This document shows, piece after piece, positions 43,275 through 53,169 of a DNA stretch of 64,000 nt (positions are counted from its first letter, which is position 1; every line of letters starts with the position of its first letter). The translations under genes were made by a program, and so were the position numbers. Below the pieces are notes generated by a model, which did not search any database, had not been told where the DNA came from, and saw only the letters and a list, made by a program, of their open reading frames with translations. The stretch is from an uncultured Chlamydiae bacterium (lineage in GTDB: Bacteria; Chlamydiota; Chlamydiia; Chlamydiales; JAJFMA01): contig CAVQMM010000001.1 of the NCBI GenBank assembly GCA_963713615.1, forward strand, positions 2,976,001 to 3,040,000. Reading direction: 5' to 3'.

Positions 43275-43691
43275 ATGTCCTATCTGGATAAATTGGCTAA
43301 AGTCGAGGCGCTCCTTCAACGTGCTTCCTCTGAGGGAGAACGCCACGCAGCCGAGCTTGCCAAGCAACGAATCTTAGCCAGAATTTCCGATATACACACC
43401 AGTCGGCCCATCGAGTACAAGATCTCTCTGGATAGTCCATGGAAAAGACGGCTCTTTGCAACGCTCTGCTCCAAACATGGTTATAAAACCTATCGATATG
43501 CACGCCAAAAGCGCACTACAGCTCATGTGATGATTTCTAAAAATTTGATGGAAGAGGTGCTTTGGCCTGAATTTTTGCGGTATGCAAAAATTCTGGAAGA
43601 ACTCGTCGAGGAGATCTTAAAGGACTTAACGGCCAAGATCCATCATGTGGAAGAGGAAGAGTTAGAAATTGCTGGCGAGATCGCACATTAA
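43275..43691 (+). CDS. IS passenger protein (identical to 39064-39480)
   Basis: Identical translation. Confidence 0.75.
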   Translation: MSYLDKLAKVEALLQRASSEGERHAAELAKQRILARISDIHTSRPIEYKISLDSPWKRRLFATLCSKHGYKTYRYARQKRTTAHVMISKNLMEEVLWPEFLRYAKILEELVEEILKDLTAKIHHVEEEELEIAGEIAH

Positions 43692-45300
43692 GGAGGAGCA
43701 AGATTGTGTGAATAATTCCAGGGCAACCAAGCCTTGGGATCCTCTAAAGCACTTTCAGTATTCTTTTGGATTGCTGTGAGATAGTTATAGGGATTGATCT
43801 TATTTAGAGCGCAGGTTTCGATGACACTCATCAGAATATCAGCAATTTTGGCTCCAGTTTCATTTTTGAAAAAATAGGCGTTCTTACGGTTAAGTACGGC
43901 CCTTTTGAGTTGACGCTCGTTGTCATTGTTTGAGACTGGAACTCCAGGAATACGTAAGAACAGTGTCAGCCCCTCCCAGTGATTATCAAGATATTGAATA
44001 GCCTTCCCAAAACTGCTATTGGGCTCTATTTGCTTGGAGTCTATAAGGTCTTTGCAATAGGCTCTCATTTTGTTCATGATCGGAGCACTTTTGTCTTGAT
44101 GCCACTTTAGTCTATCTTCAGGAGCCAGTCTTTCTTTTTTTGCTATTTTGTCGTTCAGAAACACTAAGTCAAAGGATGAGACTACATTTACGCACTCATT
44201 AGGCCAGTGCGATGCAATCTCATAGAAATTACGTCGTGCATGGGCATTACAATAGGCTAGTTGAGTGGAATGGTTCTTTGGAATGTTCCTTGATAGAGCA
44301 TCGCAAGCTTGTATGGGTACTGGAAGAGCCTCGTCACGCATATCTAAAAGATCTTTTAAATTTTCTCCTGCGTGCTGTCTTCCAGTAAAAAACAAGGCGA
44401 TCTCTTGGTCGTGTGCTTTTCCAAGAATGCCTGTTGTGATATTCCCTTCCTTTCTGGATTGGCTACTTCGTTTTCCTTCATAAGGCTAAGCACTCTTGCC
44501 ATCGTATCGTCGTTGTGAAGGCATTCACAGTTGGCGGCGAGTTGGCAAAGTTCTATGAAAACGGGCTCCATACACTCTGCAACATCATGGGTCATCCCCC
44601 AAATTTCCGTATCTGAAATAGGGTTGCCCAAAATGGTCTGTATTTGCTCTTGACGATAGAAAGGCATGCCACCGCGATATTTAAGAATCGAGACAATAGC
44701 CTTAGCTGACTTATCGATTCTTGATCCAGTGTAGAGCTCTTCGGGTAGTCTAGCGGTGAACACCTGTTGACAAATAGGACAGCGAAGTCTTTCAGGTTTG
44801 TAAATATGCACATTTAACCAGGGTTGCCCCACAATGCGAAGCACCGTTCCGGCAGCCAGATTGAATAATTTGCCTTTATCACACGCTGGACAGGTAGAGC
44901 CCTTTTTAAGGACCTCGTGGGCTACTTTTATGAGCTGCGCTTCTTGATAATCGCTTGCTGGTCGATGCCCGTGCCCTTTTGCCGGACCTGCATCAGAAGG
45001 CTTCTCGTTTGAAGTATCCTCAGAAGTGTTCTTCCCTTTCTCGCTTCCATTTTTTTTTGGTCGCAGTAGATTCTTTAACTTCTGTGCGCTTTCCGTCTTT
45101 ATTCCGAATACAGCTTTGAGCCTTGCAATACTCAAAGACTGCTCTCGAAGAGATCCCTCCATCCATATCATTGCCCTCACAAGATCGGCAAGCAAGGGAA
45201 AATCGTCTACATCAAGGGATTGACTCTCGATCCTCTGAATGAGGGATTCAATCTCTTCTGTAGTAAAATCTATGCGTTTAGGTCGCTTTACCATCTTCAA
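43688..45300 (-). pseudogene. tnpC: IS66 TnpC with a 1-bp deletion near 44439
   Basis: GGAATATCACA versus GGAATATTCACA in copy 1; split into 314 + 235 aa ORFs. Confidence 0.9.
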
Positions 45301-45342
45301 CTATCCCCAGGGCATCTATTTGAAAATAAAAAAACAATATTG

Positions 45343-45699
45343 TCATCCAATTTTTCGCCATGTATCTGAAAAACAGGCAAGACCCGGGTCTCCATTCCAC
45401 AGAAGTGTTTGGAGCTCACGAGCCTCCAAAATCACTTCAACACCGCCACTTGCTGGTTTAGGCCACCAAGAAAACCTTCCCTTTGAAAGACGTTTAATGC
45501 AGAGCCAAAACCCCTGTCCATCGTACACTAAAACCTTTAGAGAGTTGACAGACCGGTTTCGAAAGAGAAAAACCGCACCACCAAAGGGATCTTTGCCTAA
45601 GATTTGTTTACAACAGGATGCAAGGCCATCGATTCCTTTACGAAAGTCAACAGGAGCAATAGCAACATAGATAACCATTTGAGGGGTGATTTGAATCAT
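45343..45699 (-). CDS. tnpB: IS66 accessory protein TnpB
   Basis: Identical to copy 1. Confidence 0.93.
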   Translation of the reverse strand: MIQITPQMVIYVAIAPVDFRKGIDGLASCCKQILGKDPFGGAVFLFRNRSVNSLKVLVYDGQGFWLCIKRLSKGRFSWWPKPASGGVEVILEARELQTLLWNGDPGLACFSDTWRKIG

Positions 45700-46064
45700 G
45701 AGAACCCCCCTCTAAAGAGTTTACTAATAAGGGCAGGCAGATCCTTAACAGGCCCAGTCCAGCGAAGAGTAAGAGGCCCTGCTTGGTGCTTAAGAGTAAT
45801 TTCAACAAATGAATGGGATTCACTAGGTAGAGGGCGTACTTGAGCAAAATCTTGGATGGTTTGTTTTCCACGCGCTAAGCGCTTCTTAAAGTACTGGACA
45901 GAGACGCCTATGGCAGATGCAATTTCAGCAACAGAGTAAGTCATCGTAAGATTGAACGCAGCTTGCCAGAGCTCCTTGGAGAAGCGTGGATGGCCCTTTT
46001 TTTGGGATCTAACGCGATGAAATTCTTGAGCGACTTGTTCGAGCGAAAGTGTAGCAGCTTTCAT
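45696..46064 (-). CDS. tnpA: IS66 accessory HTH protein TnpA
   Basis: Identical to copy 1. Confidence 0.75.
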   Translation of the reverse strand: MKAATLSLEQVAQEFHRVRSQKKGHPRFSKELWQAAFNLTMTYSVAEIASAIGVSVQYFKKRLARGKQTIQDFAQVRPLPSESHSFVEITLKHQAGPLTLRWTGPVKDLPALISKLFRGGFS

Positions 46065-46141
46065 GAGCAACCTCCTTGGTTGTTTGCTCACGAATTTCGC
46101 TCAACCTTGTTTCAAAATCACGCACGCTCACAGGAGGGACA

Positions 46142-46694
46142 CGTTATCAAGCGTTGACACCGCTTTGACCAATCTTGGTGTTTTATCCCTGAAAAGTCCT
46201 CAAAAGGCCTTAAACGATGTGAAGGTCGACCACGATGCTTCTTTTGCAGAAAACACCTTTGAACAACAGTGATGCGTCCTAGTGTTGTCTGCCATTCGAC
46301 TTTTTTTTTCCGTGGGGACGGATGCCCTTCTCAGGCTCGTATTGAGATTCTACCTGCTTAACACGATGATCCGCCCAATTTTGAAGAATGGCCTGCCCAG
46401 ACTTACGAATAGCAGCTATGGTAGCTTCTTCTGCTTCATCGCCCGTCTTAAGCTCTTCAAAATTCTTACCAACGACATCAACCATCTCCAGGAGCGGCTG
46501 TAACAGACTTGGATTTTCTCTAAGCACATGTAAAATATAACGTTCATCCTCAGAAAGGTCGTGTGATGGTGGAATAGTCTTCATCTAAATTCGCATATTA
46601 TTGATTTGGATAGGGTTTCATGCTGGGTCAGCCGCAACATTGTGTAAACAATCTTACACAAGAATTGCTCTGCGTACAAGTTTGGATTGCACCC
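46142..46694 (-). mobile_element. ISKra4-family element, left part only, truncated by IS66 copy 2; contains ORF 46279-46584
   Basis: End GGGTGCAATCCAAACTTGTACGC matches the end at 52861; 46143-46489 is nearly identical, inverted, to about 51573-51919. Confidence 0.8.
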
Positions 46695-46702
46695 GTTTGT
46701 TG

Positions 46703-47584
46703 CTAGGCTGAAGCTTCATCAAACACAGTCTGAGGAAACAAGTAGTCGCGATCAATACCGAAACTCTTTAGGTAGTCTTGGACTTCCTGCTGAGTACCGG
46801 AAGGCAAAATCATCTTCACATATGCTTGGACCCCTTTTTTTTCCCTTGCAATATCCCAGCACATGCCAAGATCAAATCGGAAATCCATTTGGGCTATGTA
46901 GACGGCTTCTTGATGCTTTGGCTTTGGATCGAGCTCGTTATTCCCTTGAATAGTTGGATAAACGAGTATTGGATCCCAACAATACATCTCTGACGGAGAC
47001 TTGCCCAGGCAGGATCTTAAACGTGATAGAATGCTTTTCCATTCTTGAGGAGTCCTAGTAATGCCACCAACCGCAGATTGTCTGACTACAAACAGAGCAC
47101 CTTCCTTGTTGTCTCGACCTTCGTTGGCAAAATGCAAACCAACCTTTGAATTAAAAGAAAAATCAAGAAAATTGGTTCCTAGTGGTTCAAAGTCATTTAT
47201 ACGTTCATCTCCTGGATTCTGCTGATGATGTTTGTGAAACTCAAAATAAGGACAAAGTCCAGCTTTCTCAACATCAGGATTAAATTTGATCCTATCGATT
47301 TTATCGAGCCAGGTGCTGGCTAGCTTATGCTGACGAGAAATATCCGTCCATATGGTCTCGGGATAACGCTCAGTTTTCTTTAGCCCCTCTTTTGGTTTAA
47401 GGTTGCGAGAAAATGTTGAGTCCAAAAGCCACGAAACGTCCTTATGCCCTCGAAATAAAAGTACTTCACCAATTTTAGTTTGGATGTGGTCTAATTCCAG
47501 TAATAAATTCTTGAATGAAACTGGACGCCATTCGGTATTATCAACATCAACAACTGTATCTTTCTGAGACGGCAGTAACAGCAT
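46703..47584 (-). CDS. FRG domain protein
   Basis: LFRGH..W.L.STFSR and GTNFLDFSFNSKVGLHFA; likely start ATG 47584, 7 bp after the antitoxin stop. Confidence 0.82.
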   Translation of the reverse strand: MLLLPSQKDTVVDVDNTEWRPVSFKNLLLELDHIQTKIGEVLLFRGHKDVSWLLDSTFSRNLKPKEGLKKTERYPETIWTDISRQHKLASTWLDKIDRIKFNPDVEKAGLCPYFEFHKHHQQNPGDERINDFEPLGTNFLDFSFNSKVGLHFANEGRDNKEGALFVVRQSAVGGITRTPQEWKSILSRLRSCLGKSPSEMYCWDPILVYPTIQGNNELDPKPKHQEAVYIAQMDFRFDLGMCWDIAREKKGVQAYVKMILPSGTQQEVQDYLKSFGIDRDYLFPQTVFDEASA

Positions 47585-47591
47585 ATTCTTC

Positions 47592-47888
47592 TTAGTGGTG
47601 GGTGGCATACATAATCTTAGCCAACGTCTTAATAGTTGGATTCCTTCGCTGCAAAAGCTGATACATCGTCGACCTAGGTACATTCGCTTCTCTTAAAAAT
47701 TTAGATTTATTCAAAGCGTACAAATGGCTCTCAATGATCTCCATAACTCCTTCTGGATCATTTTCAATAAGACACTGCATAATTGCAGAACCAATCAAAT
47801 CTGGGTCCAATAAGTTGGCAACGGGATCTACCTCTGTGATTCCTACATCTTCTCTAATTTCCACATCTGTTTTTTGTTTACTCTTCAT
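47592..47888 (-). CDS. Addiction-module antitoxin (HigA/HI1420-like HTH)
   Basis: ENDPEG, REANVPRSTMYQLL, NPTIKTLAKI; start overlaps the toxin 3' end. Confidence 0.82.
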   Translation of the reverse strand: MKSKQKTDVEIREDVGITEVDPVANLLDPDLIGSAIMQCLIENDPEGVMEIIESHLYALNKSKFLREANVPRSTMYQLLQRRNPTIKTLAKIMYATHH

Positions 47889-48234
47889 GACTGCTTTTTC
47901 TTGTCGAGCTTTTCGTGGCTTTGAGGTAGATATTTTTCGCCTTGGAGATGTCCCTATTTTGACCATTTTTATTACCTCCTAAAAGCAATAAGATTTTCTT
48001 TTCAGGAATATAGGCATAATAGATTCGTCTTCCATCATTCCACCGCAATTCCCATATGGTGTCTTTTAATTCACCTTTTTCGTAGAACGAAACTGATTTA
48101 TGATCACCAAAATATTCTTCAAATTTGATTGCAGAAAGTCTTTTGTTGATCTGTACCTTTGAACGAGGCGGCTGACCATCGACCCATTCACAGTACTCAG
48201 GAGTTTGCAGAATGTGGTAAACACCTTCGTCCAT
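47878..48234 (-). CDS. RelE/ParE-superfamily toxin (HigB/HI1419-like killer protein)
   Basis: FGDHKSV, IWELRW..GRRIYY, LLLLGGNKNGQNRDI. Confidence 0.88.
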   Translation of the reverse strand: MDEGVYHILQTPEYCEWVDGQPPRSKVQINKRLSAIKFEEYFGDHKSVSFYEKGELKDTIWELRWNDGRRIYYAYIPEKKILLLLGGNKNGQNRDISKAKNIYLKATKSSTRKSSHEE

Positions 48235-48240
48235 ATCTTC

Positions 48241-48269
48241 ATTGTACGCTATAACGTACAGTTTTGCAA
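48241..48269 (-). promoter_or_regulatory. Sigma70-type promoter with a palindromic operator for the TA operon
   Basis: Minus strand TTGCAA-17 bp-TACAAT; palindrome TGTACG-N6-CGTACA at 48243-48260; ATG starts 7 nt after the -10. Confidence 0.75.
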
Positions 48270-48354
48270 GGCATATCTGACTGGAAGAGCCAAGGAAACG
48301 TTCTAGAATTACTCCAAAAGCACTTCTATGCGGTTGAACGAATGACCCTATGCT

Positions 48355-48590
48355 AGGGTTCTTTTCCCTTCTTCGGACATCAAATCCCTAGGAGAACAGC
48401 CGAGCTCCTTCGCCAGGGCTATAATATTTTCTAATGCTTATTTCTCTCCCCTCTTTCGACAGACCCGACATAGGTCGAATAGAGATTGGCCTTCTTAGCT
48501 AGCCGCTCTTGAGTCATTTCGATTTCAAAACCTCTCATTCGCACCATCAGACCAAAGGCCTTGCTGAGGCCTTTTTTCGGCCTTATTCAC
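48355..48590 (-). pseudogene. XRE/C-protein-like HTH regulator, frameshifted
   Basis: Manual translation AFGLMVRMR..EMTQERLAKKANLYSTYVGSVERGERN, then LENIIALAKELGCSP in another frame. Confidence 0.7.
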
Positions 48591-49380
48591 CTTTACAGTG
48601 AAAACTTTCGGTCACTAAATGAAAGGTCAATGACCCGTGCTGCATGAGGATCGGGGCGTTTTATAGGTATAAGGCAACATATAATTAGAAAAAAATAGAG
48701 TCAACCGCTTAAAGTCTTAGCTTCTTACGACTTAGACTTAACAATTGACTCTATGGATACAGTATCGCCAATTTCGACTGAAAATACAACTCCCAAATGC
48801 CGCAAAATTCATCGATCTCTTCCAGTCATATCTGAGAAGATTGTGGCTTTTGATGTTCTTGCTAATTTACAACGCACTGTAAGGTCGGCTAGACAAATTT
48901 CTAGCATTTTGGAGGTCCCAAACTCAACTATGCAGTCGTGGAGAACTCAAAAGCGTACTTTGCAGAAATATTCGGAATGGGAAGAATTTTTCTCAAGACC
49001 TTCAGGCGCAGAACTTCTTCAGCGGTGTGTTATGGCCGCGCATCAAGTAACTAATTACGGTCCAAGCGGTATCCAGGGTTTGCAGGAGTATCTGCGGCTC
49101 TCGGGACTCGACCGCTTTGTAGCATCATCAAACGGGGCACTACAGGCATTTACCAAGCGTTGTGAAAGGCATATTATCGCATTTGGGGATGGTGAGGAAA
49201 AACGTTTGGCGGGAAAAACAAAATTCAGAAAGATCACAGCAGTCCTTGACGAGATGTTTAGAGGAAAGCTGCCCTGTCTCGTGGCCATCGAGGCGGTTTC
49301 CAACTACATTCTTCTGGAGAAGTTCACCGGCGACAGAAAGGCTGAGACCTGGAAGCAAGAAATCAATTCAAGGCTGAGTG

Positions 49381-50929
49381 CTCGACTTTGCAAAATTTTT
49401 CAAATTTTGAAAGGGATAGGGTAGCTAAAAAAATCTGAGAGATGACGACAAAAAAAATTGATAGAGAGCTTTGACTTGTCGATACTGTTGGTTCTTCAAA
49501 AACACCAGAACCGATAAATCCGAGTCAGTGATGACCTTCCACTCTCTATCGCCATCCATTGTAGCCATAATCGCCCCATTTTCGGTACTCTTTTCCAGAT
49601 CTTGCTGGCAAAATGCATTGACACTGCTTTTAGGAGGAATTCTTTGTAGAGGAAAGCGAACCGTAACCGGAGTTTTACGAGCCATAGGGTTAAGCCAGGA
49701 TTCAGGATTTTCTAAGTATCACCGTATTCTCAACAGCTTAGACTGGTCTGCCAAACGTGGATCTGAAATCCTTCTGAAGATCCTTTTGAAGATGGTTGGT
49801 AAGGAAAGGCCGGTTGTTTTAATCGATGAAACACTAGAGCGTCGCAAAGGAAAGAAGATTCGAGCAAAAGGTTATTATAGAGATGCTGTACGTTCTTCGC
49901 GATCCCAAGTTGTTAATACAACAGGACTAAAGTGGTTGGTGATGGCTTTATCATACCGGTTTAGCTTTGCGAAACGAGCATTTGCCCTACCGTTCTTTAC
50001 TGTTTTAGAACCATCAGAAAAGTGCACAAAAAAACAGGCCAAACGCCATAAAACGACCCTTGATTGGAGTGTCCAAATGGTCATGCAACTCGTTCGCTGG
50101 GCTCCAACTATCCCTTTTATCTTAGTTGGCGATGGAGGATTTGCCTGCGCCAAATTGGCCTGGACATGCTTTAAGAACAATATTGCACTCGTTTCGAGAT
50201 TGAAGATGAATGCCCGTATTTATGCACTTCCTGAGGAAGCTCCTGCCGGCAAACGTGGGCGGAAACCAAAAAAAGGGGTACGTCTTATCTTATTTAAAGA
50301 GATGCTGAAAATGGAAGATTTACCCTGGGAAGAGGTGGAGATAGCAGGTTACGATGGGAAAAAGAAGAGAGTCAAATATTTGACAAACACGGCAATGTGG
50401 GGCGTAGATGGTTTTTTTCCAATTGCAATCCGATGGGTCTTAGTAGTGGATCCTACAGATGAGATGGATGCCCTCCCGTTAATGAGTACGGATGTTCACT
50501 TAACAGCGACTAAGATCATTGAATTGTATGTCGATCGTTGGGGGCTTGAGGTCACATTCCAAGAAGCACGTGAACATCTTGGAGTAGAAACTCAAAAACA
50601 GTGGTCTGACAAAGCGATAGCCAGAACGACACCAGTACTCATAGCGCTATACACAATGGTGTGCCTAATCGGGCATCGCCTGAACGAAGAAGCTCCTCTC
50701 CTCGCTGAAAAAGTTGCCTGGTATGATAAAGAAAGGCTCGCCTTCTCAGATTTATTGAAAGCTGTTCGGACTGTCCTGTGGAGGGATAATTTATTTTTCA
50801 GGAAGGAGTTTTCAGAGCCTTCCGTGAAAATTCAACTACAGAATGAAGAGCTGAGGGACTGGCTGTAATTTGTTAGCGCAAATGCTGGCCCAAGCAGCAT
50901 GATTTTGCAAAGTTTTTTGCAAAGTCGAG
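49381..50929 (+). mobile_element. IS701-like element (1549 bp), IR CTCGACTTTGCAAAA, 6-bp TSD TGAGTG
   Basis: TSD at 49375-49380 and 50930-50935. Confidence 0.9.
49531..50868 (+). CDS. IS701-like DDE transposase
   Basis: IDET, VGDGGF, YVDRWGLEVTFQEAREHLG; likely start ATG 49531. Confidence 0.88.
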   Translation: MTFHSLSPSIVAIIAPFSVLFSRSCWQNALTLLLGGILCRGKRTVTGVLRAIGLSQDSGFSKYHRILNSLDWSAKRGSEILLKILLKMVGKERPVVLIDETLERRKGKKIRAKGYYRDAVRSSRSQVVNTTGLKWLVMALSYRFSFAKRAFALPFFTVLEPSEKCTKKQAKRHKTTLDWSVQMVMQLVRWAPTIPFILVGDGGFACAKLAWTCFKNNIALVSRLKMNARIYALPEEAPAGKRGRKPKKGVRLILFKEMLKMEDLPWEEVEIAGYDGKKKRVKYLTNTAMWGVDGFFPIAIRWVLVVDPTDEMDALPLMSTDVHLTATKIIELYVDRWGLEVTFQEAREHLGVETQKQWSDKAIARTTPVLIALYTMVCLIGHRLNEEAPLLAEKVAWYDKERLAFSDLLKAVRTVLWRDNLFFRKEFSEPSVKIQLQNEELRDWL

Positions 50930-51572
50930 TGAGTGGATTAAATGTTGAAATTGGCCAAGTTGTAAGCGATCTAGGTACGGGAATTACCGCCTGTACGAAG
51001 GAGCTGGGAGCCCAACATTCGCCCGACTTGTTCCACGGGCAGTACGAACTATCGAAAGCTATCTCCGGCGCTCTGGCAACACAGAGAAGGTCTTTTGAAA
51101 AGGAGCTCAAAGAGGCCGAAGAGAGAGTCCAGAAAATGGTTGCGCGGTATGGGAAAGACTCAGAGAAGACAAAGCAAGTAATAGGAACGCGCAATCTCCG
51201 TCAACATGGGCTTGAGGAAAGGATTAAGCGACAGGAAGCAGCTAGGACGGCGATTAAAGCGACAGGAAAGTTATATCACCCCATAGATTTGACAACAGGG
51301 CAGGTGCAGACAGCAGGGGCGATTGAGCAAGGATTTGACCATCATCTGAAAACGCTTAGGAGGATTGCTGAAGAAGCTCAATTGTCACAATCATGTCATG
51401 AGCGATTGGAGAAGGCTAGAAGAGCCTTTGATGGCATGGTGAGTTACATGAAGATGATTCTTGCAGTGCTTATGGCCTACGTGGAAGCCCTGCAGCTGAA
51501 CGACGAGCAAAAACGCTTTTTTATGGAAGTCATCTATCCGCTTGCCTACCTCAGGATGACATGGAGGCGCCA

Positions 51573-52861
51573 GGAGATGGTTGATGTCGTTGGTAAGAAT
51601 TTTGAAGAGCTTAAGACGGGCGATGAAGCAGAAGAAGCTACCATAGCTGCTATTCGTAAGTCTGGGCAGGCCATTCTTCAAAATTGGGCGGATCATCGTG
51701 TTAAGCAGGTAGAATCTCAATACGAGCCTGAGAAGGGCATCCGTCCCCACGGAAAAAAAAAGTCGAATGGCAGACAACACTAGGACGCATCACTGTTGTT
51801 CAAAGGTGTTTTCTACAAAAGAAGCATCGTGGTCGACCTTCACATCGTTTAAGGCCTTTTGAGGACTTTTCAGGGATAAAACACCAAGATTGGTCAAAGC
51901 GGTGTCAACGCTTGATAACTGATCTAGGATCCGAGGAATCTTTTTCGAGGGCCGCGAAACAGATGAAGGAGCACCATGGATTGGAAATCAGTCCCACTAC
52001 GATATCAAATATCACGCTTAAACATGCCAAGAGGGCGCAGCTGATGATGAAAAAGCCTCCTATCGGGAAAAAGGCAGACAATCCAACAACCCCACTTGTG
52101 GTTGAAATGGATGGTGGAATGGTGCCCCTAGTTGAAACAGCTGGTTCTGGAGATAGACGGAAAAACAGAAGAGTATCCTGGGCAGAGCTTAGAGTGGGGG
52201 TTATTCAGCGCTTAGGGGAAGCAGACTGGAAATACACGTGTTCCTTTAATAGCCCTGATGATTTGGGAAATAGAATGCTAACATTATTAGAACGGCAATT
52301 TGGGTGGGAAGGACAGAGCCAATTACATGGTATAGGGGATGGAGCAAAATGGATAACTGAACAGATGGAAAGGGTAGCAGGAAGCCGAGGGAACTACCTA
52401 ATTGATCTGTATCATTTAAGTGAGTATCTAGCGGGAGCAGCAACGGCCTGGACTGAGGATATTAAAAAGGAGACTCGAGCGCTAAAGACCCGCTTAAAAA
52501 AAGGACAGATAGTGAATGTGAAGCGAAAGCTTCGAAAGTACTCCAAAGTTCACCCTGAGCATGAGGGCCTGCAAAAGTGTATACAATACATAACTAATAG
52601 ACCTGGGCAGTTTAAGTATGATGAAGCGATTAGAAAAGGTTTGCCAATAGGTTCGGGGAAAATAGAAAGCACGCATCGCCATGTGATTCAGAAGCGGTTG
52701 AAAAAGCCAGGAGCATGGTGGAGACGGGATCATGCGGATCAAATGGCAAACCTTAGAACTCTTCGAGCTAACGATGAATGGGAAAGGCTTTGGCAAGATG
52801 AGGTAGTCTGTGAGCTCGATTGCCTAGCCGCCTAAGGTGAGTACACATTTGAATTACACCC
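51573..52861 (+). mobile_element. ISKra4-family element lacking its left end; transposase spans a -1 frameshift and ends at 52835
   Basis: EMDGGMVP, IGDGAKWI, IDLYHLSEYL, PIGSGKIES; right IR GAGTACACATTTGAATTACACCC. Confidence 0.82.
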
Positions 52862-53169
52862 CCTACGATCAATCTCGTCAAGACCAACATATCCCTATTG
52901 TGAGCGCGGGTGTTGGCAAAACAGTTAGCGTCGCTGTGTAGTCAGCTCTATGTAAGCTCACCAACAATAGTCGCCCTCAAAATCTTTCTTGTCTTTCTTG
53001 GGACGTGGCTTGCAGATGAGCGCATGGATCTACCACAATTCAGTCTTCCCTTGCGATATGGGTTAAAAGAGTAAAAAAGAGCGAAACCCATAACAATATT
53101 AATCGATCGCAAAGTCGCTATTTTGTATAATCGATTAAGCATTTAAAATATTTAACATGGACAGTTGCG

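Larger units (their letters stand above)
43199..46141 (-). mobile_element. IS66-like element, copy 2 (2943 bp), inverted; tnpC frameshifted
   Basis: Same IRs and genes as copy 1; 1 bp shorter. Confidence 0.88.
48753..51572 (+). pseudogene. DUF6399-like putative DDE transposase, interrupted by an IS701-like element and fused at its 3' end to ISKra4
   Basis: VLDEMF..CLVAIEAVSNYILLE, VSDLG, HSPDLFH; removing the IS restores NSRLSGLNVE in frame. Confidence 0.7.

Noticed and set aside
43055..43276. 73-aa ORF across the IS66 end
   Set aside because: Chimeric read-through in the wrong frame of the zinc-ribbon fragment
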